Source: Neocallimastix sp. 'constans' (Eukaryota). From it: a DNA stretch of 64,000 nucleotides. Location: the NCBI GenBank assembly GCA_050613775.1, contig JBODTK010000104.1, positions 496,001 through 560,000 on the forward strand. Reading direction: 5' to 3'. Shown here piece by piece: positions 42,797 through 57,630 of this stretch. The notes beneath the pieces are model-generated. The model was not told where the DNA came from and made no database searches. It saw only the letters and a list, made by a program, of their open reading frames with translations. Position numbers and translations under genes: made by a program. How positions within the stretch are numbered: the first letter of the stretch is position 1; every line of letters begins with the position of its first letter.

Positions 42797-44855
42797 CTTG
42801 ATTTAAAACAGCAAAATTAATACAACTTGAATTAATATCATTTTGAACCATGTTTTCCATAGTTGATAATATTAAACTGGAAGAAAACATTTCGGTATTA
42901 AATTGATTTGGAAAATCTATTTCTGATTTTTTTCCTTTAATTGAAGTTGTACCATTAACCGTTTGAGATGATGGCATTGGATAGTGATTTAATTTATAAT
43001 TTTCAATAAATTTGGAATATTCTAAACCGCCAGTTTCTTTTTGAGGTTTCCATGATTTATAACAGGACTTAAAGTCCAGAAAAGAGATTTCCATTTTACC
43101 ATCATTGGAATATTTGACTTCTTTTTTATTTTTCATTTTATTATTATTATTATTTTGTATTTGAATTTTATTTTTTTTCTCGTTTTCACAGTGATCCTCC
43201 TTACCTTGATATCCATAATCTGGATTTCCATGATATCTAAAATCAAAGTTAGCATATGAGCATACATAACCTACCGATGGTAGATGCACTGTAAAATTTT
43301 GAACGAATTTAACAATTCTACTGCTATAATTTGGTAATGAAATTATTAAAATGAATGGGGTTAGTATGATTCCATAGATATTTCTAAATATCATGAAAAT
43401 CTTCGTATCAAAATAGCTTCCAAATTCTTTTCTCACTTCATTGGAATAATTTTTTTCTTTCCATTTTTGTGGATAATAATGAGTTTCAAGGGAAATTTTC
43501 TCCATAAGTAATTCTGAATCATAATCTATTGTATCTTCAATGATCATACCTTTACTAAATGCTAGTATGGAAGTGAATACACCAATATAGAATAAGACTG
43601 AACCCCCTGGAGTAATTTCAAATTTATTAAAGAATTCTTGATCCATTAATGTTAAGATACTTAGAACGACAACAATAGAACCAGAAATGAAAGCAACTAA
43701 CCTAAAAATAATCGATCCTTTATAATTTGGAGATTGATTTAAATAGATTATAGCATTTTCGTAACTTCGATTTAGTCTTTTTTCAAAGACATGAGGAAGT
43801 TCGTTAAATTCTCTAAACCTCCAACGAGCTAAGGAATTATACGATTTTTTCATTATAGAACCTGGATTATTATAAATTTCTTCAGCGTATCTGTAAAATG
43901 AATAAATTATCGAGAATATCAGTAGAAAGGGAAATAAAATTAAATTAAAAATTCCTAACAATATGAATTTTTGTGATAAACTTTTACTTAATTTTTGTCT
44001 CATATTTCTTTTTTGTATTTCATCCTTCGATAAAAAGCATCCTTTAACATGACCATATCTGTCAAAAATAAAATTATTGATACACCACTGAACGTTCCAT
44101 TTTAGCATATCAGTAAATAATTGTTTATTTTCAAAATATGGGATATTAAATTTAATGCATTGTTCATTAATTAAGGCAATAAAATAATTTTCTTTTCTCA
44201 TAATAATATTCACAATCTTCATAGCATCTAATTCATCCCCGCTTTTTTCTGATTGATTCTCTTCATTATACAGTTTTATTATTTTTTCCATTATGACTTC
44301 CCAGGATATTGATTGAATATCTGTATCTTTAATTTTTAATTTATAGTTATAAAAGTAATATATTTTTCTAAATCTCTGAAACTCCGATATATATTTTATA
44401 AGTAAATAGAGCCACATTATTATAAATATAGAGAGTAAAAATTTAATTTTCCAGTCCAATCGATAAACACATTGATCCACTATTACTTGGGACAGCTGTG
44501 CCTTTTCATTTATTATTGAATAATCAATACATCCAAATAAAAATACTGAAAAGCATATTACAAATGCTAAAGATATTAAATAGCATATTCTTTCCAATAT
44601 AATGCAGGTAAAACCTTTTCTCTTAAAATATTCATATACTTCTTGATAAAATTCATCACTTTTATCTTTTAATAATTCATTTCCTTCTGGTTCTGGATTC
44701 AAAATATTTTTCACTTTTGATGTTTCAAGAACACTCTTTATACTGTCGAATAAACTATTTTTATTAGAAGTTGCTTCATCCTCATTATTATTATCATCAT
44801 TAAGTGTTAAAGGATCTGGTTCGCTGATTAATAAATGCGTTTCTTCTTGTGTCAT
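42726..44855 (-). CDS. ATG9: Autophagy lipid scramblase Atg9, single exon
   Basis: 709-aa ORF with FYQEVYEYFKRKGFTCI, IMRKENYFIAL, ARWRFREFNELPHVFEKRLNRSY, THYYPQKW, TPFILIISLP, FTVHLPSVGYVCSYA and GKMEISFLDF, the conserved APG9-domain motifs. Confidence 0.97.
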
Positions 44856-45366
44856 TATTAATAATATTATATATAAATAAAAAAAAGTATTTTTTTTTTT
44901 TTTTTTTTACTTTAACTTTTTCCAAATAAGTTTTCAATTCAAATGTATTAAAAAATAAGATAGTTTTATATTAATATTAATAAAATACTATTTATTTATG
45001 TATTTTGTATTTTGAAAATATTATTTATATTATATATATTATATATTGTTTCTGTTAAATATTCAGCTCTTTTATATATATATATATATTAATTTGAAAA
45101 AAAAAATTAAAAGAGAAAAAAAAAAAAAAAAAAAAAACATGAGGAATATTATTTATATATATATTGAAAATGATGTTGTTATGTCTTTTTATCCTCTATT
45201 GATTTAGACATAAAAATTTTTTCCCAAAATTAATCAAAAAATTTTATTATAATCACGTGTAAATATATAAAGGAGATATAAAAATTTTTAATATTTTTTC
45301 TTAAATTTTTTTTATTATTTATTTATTTATTTATTTGTTGATTTATTTATTTATTTATTTGTCTAT

Positions 45367-45421
<55 letters not shown>

Positions 45422-47895
45422 TTTGTTGATTTTTACACTAATATCAATTTGTATTACCATTTGAACTATCGTTGTCAAGAGCGTCTACGTCGAAACGATA
45501 AAAAATTCTGATGCAGATTCAAATTATAATTATTTTATCCATATAGAAGTTTATCATCGATAAATGGGAAGAATAGGAAGGCGTTAGAGATCATTTCCTC
45601 CTCGAAACTCATCGTATTAATTTTTTTAATTATTAATAAAAAAAAAAAATTTTTTTTTTTTTTATGTATTTTTTAAATAAATATTATTAAATAAAGTTTA
45701 TTACAAGTAAAAAAAAAAAAAAAAAAACTATTTTTTATTATTTAATAATTTAATATAGATTATTTAATATTTAATATTCATTAATTATTAATGGACATAA
45801 ATTAATTATTTATTATTATTAATATTATCAATCTATTATTATAATTATTAATTATTGTTGTTATTTATTATTGCCAATCTTTCAAATTTACTATTTTTAA
45901 ATACAGTTAATTATTAGCATTTATTTAGTAGTTAGTTATAATTTAATATTTAATGTTTATTATTTTACGAAGATAGTTTTTTTGATCATTATAATATTAT
46001 AATTATAATATTTTATTTTAATAATGACAATTATTATTATTTATTATTATTTATTATATTAAAATTCTTATTACTGTAGATTTTCATAATTAAAATTTTT
46101 TTTTTTTTTTTATTATGGTGTGCTATTAATAAGGTCAATTTTTCTTATTAATATATATTATTATGAAATCAATTTTAAATACGATTTTCCTTATATTTAT
46201 TATTTAAAAATACGGTCTTTCCTATTTTTATTATCATTATTATTTTCATTTATTAATACAAATGCAATATCTCAATTATTACTAGAATTTGCGGTTTATT
46301 ATAAAAGATATAATCTTCTTAAACAAATAATTAAAAAAAAAAATTTTTTGGTTATTTATAATTTATTATTTATTATTTATTATTTATTATTTATTATTAT
46401 TTATTATTTAATTTTATTATTATTATTAATTATTCCTATGGTTTAAAAAAACTTTATGTAAATTTATATTTACTATTACTATCACTACTACTATTACTAT
46501 TACTATTAAATTAGTATTTAATATCTTATATATTAGTTTAAATAAACATATATATATATGATATCTAATATTAAGATTCTTTAATTAAAAAATTCATATT
46601 ATCTATATATAATAATTATATTTCCAAGTTATATCTTTAATAATTAATTATTAATATTTAGTAAATATTTAGTATCTTTTACAAATTTAAAATATATATT
46701 TAAATAATTAACCTTTTTAATTGTATACTAAAATGAACAAAAAATAAATAAATAAATAATTAATAAATAAATTAAAAAAAAAATTGAATGTTTTAAAAAA
46801 AAATAGAATTATTTCTTATATTTTTATATCACTAAAAATGTCTATATATTTAATATTAACATTTTTTTTTTATTTTTTTATTTTTTTATTTTCATTTTTA
46901 TTTTTATTTTTTTTTTTTGTTAATAATTGATATAAAAGTTTAAAATTATTAGTAATTATGAATGAATTTTTTATCTATCCTTTTTTTTTTTTTTATTTAA
47001 AATTTTCATTTTTATATATTAAAAAAAAAAAGTCTATTTTAATTACAATATTTATTTTTATATAAGAATTAATCTGTTGGTAATAACAATACATAATCAT
47101 ATGCTATAGAATAATAAATTTTAAAATTATATATTATATATATGTATATGTATATATGCATATAAATACATGAATATGCATATATGAATAAGCTATTAAC
47201 ATTTGTATCAGTTAATATCTAAGTTACATAAGTTTTTTTTTTAAAAAAAAAAAAATCTTTTTAATTTTTCAACATTATTTGAATAAAGTTAATGTAATAG
47301 TATAAATTTCAAATTTTATATATAGGAATTAGTTATTATAATTAAAATATATTCAATATTCAAATATTTTTAATCATTAACAATAATTATATATTAAATT
47401 AAAAAAAAAATTAATTAAAGATATAATAACAACAATAATAATAATAATAATAAAGTACAAAAAAGGACACCTTTATATATTAATTTAGTTTCTAGTTTTT
47501 AGCTTAATATATAAAGTTTCAATTATATTTAAATTTTATGTTATATATATTATATGGATGAAATATTTTTAATTTAAAGAATTAAAATAGTTTTAATAAA
47601 TCAAATCGTTAAAGAAACCAAAAAAACAAAAAACAAATAATCAAATAAACATTAATATATATATATATATTTATATTAGAAAATGGAATAAAAATTTCAA
47701 TTTTAGTTTTGTATAAAGTTTTCTCTATTTCTTTTTACTCTTTTCTCTTTCTTTTTTTTTTTTTTTTTTTCTTTTTTTTTACTTTACTTTTTTTATTAAA
47801 AAAAAAAAGATTAATATCTTTTCTATTAATATTTAATATTTTAATTTTTTTCAATTTTTTTATTTCTTATATTTCCTTCTAGATTTATTAATCTT

Positions 47896-47935
<40 letters not shown>

Positions 47936-47961
47936 TTAAAAAAAAATTTTTTTTTTTTAAA

Positions 47962-49065
47962 ATGATATTTTTATTATCATTGATTTTAATGGTATTATGC
48001 CATAAGCTTGCCTATTCTAAATCATTAAATGATCAAGGATGTTTAAAGTCTTTATGTGCACAGAGAACTGCCGTCTTATCCAAAAATGATTATACTAAAC
48101 AATATATTATTGTATATAAATCTATTTCGAATAGTAATGAAAAATCGAAGACGAATAAATTTTTTATGAATACAAATGAATTAAAGAATAGAATACCTTT
48201 TAATCATGATTTTCAAAACTCTATTAATAAAAGAAAAAGAGAAAATCCTTATTCAAATCGTAATATGAATTATCCTTCCATAACTTTTAATTATCAATTA
48301 AAATATAATCCAAAGGATTCTAAATATTCTAAAGAAGATTATAATAACAAAAGTAATAATAATAATAATAGTGATAATAATAATAATTATAATAATAATA
48401 GTGATAATAATAATAATTATAATAAAAATATATATTATTATAATAATTATAATAAAAATATATATTATTATAATAATTATAATAATAATAATTATTATAA
48501 TAATAATTATAGTAATAATAATTATTATAATAATAATTATAGTAATAATAATTATAATAATAATAATAATTCTCTAATATTAATGATCAATAAAGAATTT
48601 ACAGGTAATAAGAATATAAAAAGAGATACTTTGCCAAAGTATTCCTCTTTCACGAAATCTTTCATGTTCGTTAATGAAGAGGATTTAATTCAAGAAGTAT
48701 ATGGTGATTTAAAGGAAGGCCTTCCCATAAAAAGATCTGAGCATGAACAACGAGAATACACCATTAAAGAATTCATTAAAACAATAAATTCCACCGATCT
48801 TCCAATTGACTATATTGAAGAAGATTATCCTGTGTATACAGATGATATTTCAAAGGATTCCTTTCAAACCTCAGTTTCTCCTCCACCTAATGAAAATACA
48901 GATCCATCTGTTGTTCCAAAAGATTCAACAAATTCTATGAATGAAACTGAAGCACTCGATGAAATGATGATAGAAAATGAAATTTTTGGGGATGCTATTG
49001 AAACTCAAAAAAAGAATTTAGGATGGGTGAGTGAAAAACCAACATAAATATATAAATAAATAAAA

Positions 49066-49096
<31 letters not shown>

Positions 49097-49136
49097 TAAT
49101 AATTAATAAATAAATAATGATAATAATAACAATAAC

Positions 49137-49217
<81 letters not shown>

Positions 49218-49835
49218 TATTATTATTATTATTATTAATTTTTATTTTAATTTATTTTGTTTTGTTTTACTATATTTTATTTAAATTTTCATTAAAAATT
49301 TGATTAGGGTCTCGATCGAATAGATCAACGACAGACCACCGGGGATAAAACTTATAAATATCCAAAACAGGCAGGAAAAAATGTGATCGTTTATATACTT
49401 GATACGTAATGCTTTTATAGAATAATTTAAAAAAAAAAATTTTTTTTTTAAAGCTTTAATAAAAAAAAAAAAAATATTATAACTTTAAACTCATATGTAT
49501 AAAAATATAATTCATATAAATTACATTACACTTAAAAAATTTTTTTTTAAATTTCTTATTTTTTTTATATATTAAAAAAAAAAAAAAAACGTTAAATTCA
49601 TAGTGGAATAAATTATAATCATAAGGATTACAAATCGAGAGTTTTTCATGGAGAAAACTTTGTCACCGATGAAGACGATAATGACCATTATGGTAATTTT
49701 TTTTTTTTTTTTTTTTTTTGTAAAAAAAAAAATAAAATAAAATAAAATAAAATAATATAAAATAAATAGTTGAATACGAATATAAAGTACTGATTGAATA
49801 AAATAAAATAAAATAAAATAATAATAATAGTAAAA

Positions 49836-49868
<33 letters not shown>

Positions 49869-50131
49869 GTAATAATAATGATAGTAATAGTAATAATAAA
49901 AATAATAAGAATAATATTAGTAATAAGAATTAAGATTAATAGCAGTAATAATGATAGTAAATAACAAATATTTTATTTTTTAATAATTCGATTTAAAAAT
50001 CACTTATATAATATAAGCATAGAAACAAGAAACATTATAATATTATTTAAACTTTTTTTGATTAAAATGAAATTTTTTTTTCTTTTCAATAATTATATAA
50101 AAAATTTTTATATAAATCATTGTGTATAACT

Positions 50132-50167
<36 letters not shown>

Positions 50168-50189
50168 TTCATTTTTCATTTTTCCTTAA

Positions 50190-50222
<33 letters not shown>

Positions 50223-50385
50223 CTTTTTTCTTTAACTTTTTTTTTAATAAATTAAAAAAAAATAAAACAAAAAAAAAAAAAAAAGGACATGGATCCTATG
50301 TTGCTGGAATTATTGGAGGTAATATAATTATATATATATATTTTTCTATTTTTATTTTATATATATTTTTAGTTTTTTTTATATG

Positions 50386-50418
<33 letters not shown>

Positions 50419-50519
50419 ATATGATTCGTTCTAAAACATTTTTTTTTATTAAACACTTCTATTATAACAAATTTACATTATTTATTTATTATTGTTATTT
50501 TTTATATTTATATAATAAT

Positions 50520-50562
<43 letters not shown>

Positions 50563-50944
50563 TAAAACTTTTGGTGTAGCCAAAAATTGTCATATCATTT
50601 CTGTTAAAGTTTTAAATCGATATGGAAGGTAATACAAAACCTATTTACTAATAAATAATTAATAATAATACTTAAATTATAATAATTAACATTTACTAAA
50701 TTATTTTTATTATTATATATTATTATTATTTATTATTTATTATTTATTATTTATTATTTATTATTATTTATTAAAATTTATTATTATTTATTTATTTTTT
50801 ATTATTTATTATTTATTATTTATTGTTTATTATTATTAATTTATTATTATTAAAAAGAGGTCAAGCTAGTTTAGTTATTAAAGGACTGAATTGGGTAATC
50901 GAAGATTATACTAAAAATAGAAAAAATAGTTTTGGAGCTATTGC

Positions 50945-50987
<43 letters not shown>

Positions 50988-51033
50988 ATTCTCAATTAAA
51001 AATAGATTTACCTATATATTATCTCTTATATAT

Positions 51034-51084
<51 letters not shown>

Positions 51085-52703
51085 TTATTTATTTAATATT
51101 TATTTATTATTTATTTATTTATTATTTATTATTTATTTATTTATTTATTAAATAAAAAATTAGTGTTTCCTTAGGTTCAATGCAAAGCAGAGCAATAAAT
51201 GATGCAGTAGCTCTCGCTAAAAAAAATGGTATTTTGGTGATTACATCAGGTAAGATAATAAAATAATCCAAAATAAAAAAAAAAAAAAAAAAGAAATATA
51301 TATATATATTTCTTTCTTTTTTTATTTTATATATATATATTTTATATTTATATTATTTTATTTATTTTAATTATTTTTAATTATAAATAATATATTATAT
51401 AGCCGGAAATGATGGAGGAGATGCCTGTTCAAAGTCACCAGCATCCTCTAACGATGGTTAGTTATAAAAAAACAAAAATTTTATAAAAAAAAAAATTATA
51501 TAAATACTTTATATAATTAAATAAATAAAAAATATAAAATATAAAAATTAAATTAAAAATTATATATCTATGTTATATATATATTTATATGTATGTATGT
51601 ATGTTTATGTATAAATAAATAATAGTAATTACGGTGGGTGCCACAAATAAAAAAGATCAAATTTGTGATTTTTCTAATCGAGGTTCTTGTGTTTCCATGT
51701 AAATTTAAATATATATGTATTTAAAATTTAAATATATATATTTATATATAAATTAAAAAATAATTATAATAACAAATAAATAAATTAAATAAATAATTAA
51801 TTAAAATGTAAAGATATGCTCCCGGAGAAGATATCAATAGTTCCTCTAATTTCTCTTCAAAATCTGGTATAAAGCATGGAACTTCCTTTTCAGCACCTTT
51901 TGTTTCAGGAGTATTAAAAATAAATTTAAATTTTATATAACTAAAAAAAAAAAAAATATATATATATATATATATAATATGTATATAAAAGATTAATAAT
52001 AAAAAGTAATAATAAAAAGTAATAATGAATAATAATAATTAATAATTATAATATTTATATATATATAATTATATATAATCAATTTTTTCTTAAATATATA
52101 TATATATGTATATATTAAATAAAGGTGGCCGCTTTAATTATGTCTGAATTACAACAGATACCGGAAGCTCAGGCATCCATAGCCTCACCAGAAAATTTAA
52201 AAAATTTTTTAATTCGTATTGCAACCTATCGAACTGTTAAGGATCATGAGGAATCGACCTACCCAATCCAAAAACGTAATAGTAATAATCCTGGTTACCA
52301 AAACAGCAATTATGAAAATGAAAATGAATCTTTTCGTGATGATAATCAAAATACTAGAACTAATTTTAATAAAGATTATAATTATAATGATGATGATGAT
52401 GATTATCATCATATTAATGACATCAAAAGTTATTATAATGAAGAAGAAGATTTATTAGAATTGATGTTGTCAATGAATACTAATGTCAATGGCAATGCCG
52501 ATATTAATACTACTAACAGTAATACACTCATTCCTATTCCTATTTTGTATAATGGTTGGAATTACGGATATAGGATGACAACGAATAATACCATTTCCTC
52601 AATCACTAATTTTGCTGTAAATTCCTTGTCCATTAAAGAAAATTTTCAGACGTTAATACAAATTTATTGTTTCATTTTATTAATAATTATTTTGCTCTTT
52701 TAA
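47962..52703 (+). CDS. Secreted subtilisin-like serine protease (S8A, proteinase K type) with signal peptide, I9-like propeptide and hydrophobic C-terminal tail; 12 exons
   Basis: N-terminal hydrophobic signal. Propeptide motifs QYIIVYK and DYIEED, then W|GLDRIDQR. Catalytic Asp in VYILDT|G (49401), His in G|HGSYVAGIIG (50288), oxyanion Asn in S|AGNDG (~51408) and Ser in HGTSFSAPFVSG|VAAL (~51883). Confidence 0.92.
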
Positions 52704-52728
52704 TATATATTTAACAATTAACAATAAC

Positions 52729-52773
<45 letters not shown>

Positions 52774-52826
52774 TATATGTATACATGTAAAGAAGATAAA
52801 AAAAAAAAAATTTTTTTTAATTCCAT

Positions 52827-52865
<39 letters not shown>

Positions 52866-52926
52866 TAACTTGGTTAATATATATATTTTATTTTATTTTA
52901 TTTTATTTCTGTATATTATTTAATTT

Positions 52927-52974
<48 letters not shown>

Positions 52975-54783
52975 AAAATATATAAAAATATAAAATAATA
53001 ATGATAACAATAGCTTATTTATTCAATAATAAACAAATATTACTTTAAAAAAAATAATGATTAATAAATAAATTAAAACATTATATATATATATATATTA
53101 TTGTAATTAACACTATTAAATGTTTAGATAAAGAATTTTTTTTTTTCTTTTCTTTTAAATTGTTTAAAAGAAAAAAGAAATTTTTTTATTTGGTAGTGTA
53201 TAAAATGTATATCATTATAATACATTAAAAATTAAAAAAAAAAAAAATAAAAATAAAAAATTAAAAAAAAAAAAAAAAAAAAAAAATTCAATAAAATATA
53301 ATAAAAATAAAAAAAATAATAATAATAATTTTTTTTCCTTATATTTTAATATTATATTAGTTTATTTATATATTTTAAATAGTTTTTATTTTAAATAATT
53401 TTATTTAAAGAATATTTATATATATATTTATTTTTTATTTTTTATTTTTTTATTTTTATTTATTTTTTTTTTTTTTTTGAAAAATTCTATTATTTTATTT
53501 ATATATTACTTATACTATAAAACAATACAATGAATATTGTTGAATAAGAGTTTAATTAGGTTAAATAATTATCTATAAAATAAATAATAATAATAATAAA
53601 ATAACTATAAGCACAGTAATAGATAATATAAAAATAATAATTTGACTATATTTTATTTTTATTTTATTTTTTTTTTTAAAAAAAAAAAAAGATTATCACT
53701 TTTATATTATAACTATTATTAATTAAATATATTATTTTTTATTTTTATTTATTTATATTATATATACATTGTATTTTATTTCTTAATTTGTAATGTTAAC
53801 TTTTATCTTTTTATGGGTGTTTTTTGGTAGTTTCTGAACTTTATTTTATTTTATTTTATTTTATTTTAATTTATATATATATATTATTTTAATATTTCAA
53901 TAGTATTTATATTTATATTATTATGTTTGCATTATTATGTTCCCTTTTTCCTTTTTTCTCATTTCTTTTTTTTATTATATTTAATTTTTATTTTTATTTT
54001 TATTTTTTTAGAAAAGTATAAATATTTTTAAAGATTGAATTTAATCTACATAGAAATAAGGTAAAAGTAACATAAAGAATAAAAATAAAAATAAAATAAA
54101 ATATAGAAATATTAAGATATAAAAATATCAAAAAAAAAAAAAAATATAAAAGATATAAAAAAAATAAAAAAAAAAAATTAATATTTATATATTTCTATAT
54201 ATTTTATATTTCATGTAAAGTAAATTTTATATAATCCATTTTATTATATAAATATCTAATAAAAAAAAAAAATACTTATAAAAAAAAGGAAAAAAAAAAT
54301 TTTTTTATTTTTAATTTATTATTATTTTTTTTTTTATTCTTTTACTTTTAATTTTATTAGACTCTTAAAGAAAAAATTTTTTTTTTATTTTAAATTTTCT
54401 TTTATTTATTTTGTAAAAATGTCACTATCTATTTAATTCAGTTAAAAAATTATTAATAAAAAAAAAGGTTCTTTAAAGTTTAATTATTTATTTAAAAATT
54501 AATTATAAAAAAAGTATTTGAAATAAATTGTTCTTTTTTTTTTTTTTTATATGTAATTATCAATTATTAAGGTTTATTAAACAATCAATTCATTATTAAA
54601 GTCATATCTATTTTTTTTAAATAATAATAAATATAATAAAATTAATATATATATATATATAAAGTTTTGATAATAATAATAAAAAAATAAAAAAAGAATT
54701 AGTTTTGATATACAAATAACATTCATAAACAAATAGTAATAATAACAACAATAATAACAATAACAACAATAAATTGAATAATC

Positions 54784-55048
54784 ATGCAAACCGAGTATAA
54801 ATATGAACATGAAAGAGAAGTTAATGGTTCCAAAGAATTTCTAAAAGGATTTTTGTTTGGTCAACTCATTATTTTTGCTTTACTTCTCACTCTTGTTAGA
54901 ATATTTATTTTAAGAGGTAGTGGCTCCACAAAAAGAGCCATAAAAGAAAGAAAAAAATTTCAAGTTAAATCTGAGGTAATTTTAGAAAATATGTTTTTTT
55001 TTTTTTTTTAATTATAAACATAAATATATAAAATTTTATATTATTTTA

Positions 55049-55138
<90 letters not shown>

Positions 55139-55634
55139 TTTATTTTTATTTTTAATGAAAGATGTGTAAATTATTGATTGAATATTAAAATATTTGAAAT
55201 TATTATTGATTTAACAATATAATTTTTTATTAAACTATCAAATTAATATGTTTAACTATTTAAAATATTTTATTTAATTTTTCTTTTTATTATTAAATGT
55301 TAATATGTATATAAATGAATACTTTTTTAAAATACATTTAAAAGGTAAAGAAAAACTTAAATTCTGTTCATGATACGGTATTAAAAAAATTAGAATATGA
55401 TTTATATACACATCCTACAGAATCTTGCGACTGGATAAATGTATTAATAGCATTATTTATTGAAAGTTATCGAAGAGATAATATTTTTAAACAGTCTATG
55501 ATAAATAAATTAAATAATTATTTATCGGATACCCAAGCGAAATATTCTTTTCTTGTAAGTCTTTTTTTTTTTTTTTTTTTTTTTTATATTAATAATATTC
55601 ATTATTATTATTATTATTGTTTTTATATAATTAT

Positions 55635-55665
<31 letters not shown>

Positions 55666-56046
55666 TTCTTATATTTATCTTCCTTTATATAATGACAAAT
55701 ACTCATAAATCTTAATTTACTTATAAATTAAAAAAAAAAAATATGACTTTAAAAAATAATTTCATTTATCATTTAACTGAATCTTAAAATTATATTCTTT
55801 TACATTTCATTTGTAATTCAACTAAATCTTAAAATTATAATCATTAAAATTTCATATATAATTCAACTTTAAAATTTATATATAAATATTTGTGATGTGG
55901 ATGAATAAACATTATATATTATAATACATTTATATAAAGGCACCAATAATTTTAACAGAATGTGCATTTGGAGATGAATACCCAAGAATAAGTAAAACAA
56001 AAATTAAACAAGGAGAACATAATGGAATAGTAAATATAAAAAAATT

Positions 56047-56078
<32 letters not shown>

Positions 56079-56169
56079 TAAAAAAAAAATAAAAAAAAAA
56101 GAATGGAATGCTTTATTATTATAAATTATGACAATAAATACAACTTAACTACATACTATAATATTTAAC

Positions 56170-56234
<65 letters not shown>

Positions 56235-56922
56235 TCTTCAACTTCATATTATTATACAAATTAATTATTAAATAAACAAACAAAAAAAAAAAACTTTGAA
56301 TAATAGACCACTGAATTTTTCATAAATTTTGAAGATTGTATTACCTTAGGAGTAGAAACTAACTTAATGATTAATTGGCCAAGACCATGCATTGCGGCCT
56401 TACCATTATCATTATCCATATCTTTATTACATTTTTCAGGAAGGGTAAATTAACATAACACAAAAATAAAATAAAAATAAATATAAAAATAAAAATAAAA
56501 AAAAAATAATAAAAAGAAAAATTAAAATAAATATATTAAGTGATTAATAAATTGTTAAAAAAGTTTATATATATTTATTTAAAGATATTTTAATGTTTTT
56601 AATAATTAAAATTATTATATAATTAAATTTATATAATAATAATAATAATAATAATCTATATTATATATATATATATATATAGTTCATGGTTGAATTTGTT
56701 TCACAAGCCGATTCCAATAGTAAATATATTCTCTTTTCCGTAGGAGATGATTATCAATTAGAATTAGATGTGAAAACATTATTAGGACATCGTACCAAGA
56801 TAAAGGATCCAGAAAAATTAACCAATATTATTATTAATGTTATTGATTATTACTTTAGAAAAGAATTTGTTTTTCCAAATTATAAACGTATTGATATACC
56901 AACTAAAACAAAAATTGATTAA
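54784..56922 (+). CDS. MMM1: ERMES subunit Mmm1 (ER-anchored SMP lipid-transfer domain), 5 exons
   Basis: N-terminal TM FLKGFLFGQLIIFALL, then HPTESCDWINVLIA, FGDEYPRI, TLGVETNLMINWPRPCIAALPLSLSISLLHFSG and DYQLELDVKTLLGHRTKIKDPEKL, all Mmm1 signatures. Exons ~54784-54975, 55345-55554, 55940-56029, 56308-56444 and 56683-56922. Confidence 0.88.
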
Positions 56923-57344
56923 AAAAAATAAATTGTTTTAAAAATTGTTTTATAAAAAATAAAAATAAATGTATTTTTTTTTTTTATTTATTATTTTATT
57001 ATTAGATATCTATTGGTACACCTTGGTTAATATTTAGAAATTAATAAATATTTTTTTTAAAAAAAAAATAAAATAAAATAAAAATAAAATAAAAATAAAA
57101 TAAAATAAAAAAAATAAATAAATAAAATAAAATAAAATAAAATAAAATAAAATAAAAAAGTAAAAATTAATAAAAAAAAAAAATAATAAAATAAAATAAT
57201 AAAATAATAAAATAATAAAATGAATTTTTTTTTTATTTAATAATAAAATAATGACAATAATAAAAAGAAAAATATATATATATGGTTTTATCAGAAATAA
57301 ATAAATAAATAAAAAAAAATATTAGTAATAATTAATAATTTTAA

Positions 57345-57630
57345 TTATTTATTATTTATTATTTATTATTTATTATTTATTATTATTTATTATTATTTAT
57401 TATTTATTATTTATTATTTATTATTCAATTATTTATTATTTATTATTTATTATTTATTATTTATTATTTATTATTTATTATTTATTATTTATTATTTATT
57501 ATTTATTTATTTATTATTTATTATTTATTATTTATTATTTATTATTTATTATTTATTATTTATTATTTATTATTTATTTATTTATTATTTATTATTTATT
57601 ATTTATTATTTATTATTTATTATTTATTTA
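57345..57630. repeat. (TTTATTA)n heptamer array
   Basis: Seen directly. Confidence 0.85.

Noticed and set aside
45253..45259. TCACGTG E-box ~400 nt upstream of ATG9
   Set aside because: It is a single short motif with no conservation data and cannot be distinguished from chance.
45585..45600. GATCATTTC resembling U3 snoRNA box A
   Set aside because: The other U3 boxes (A', C', B, C, D) are not found in the expected order.
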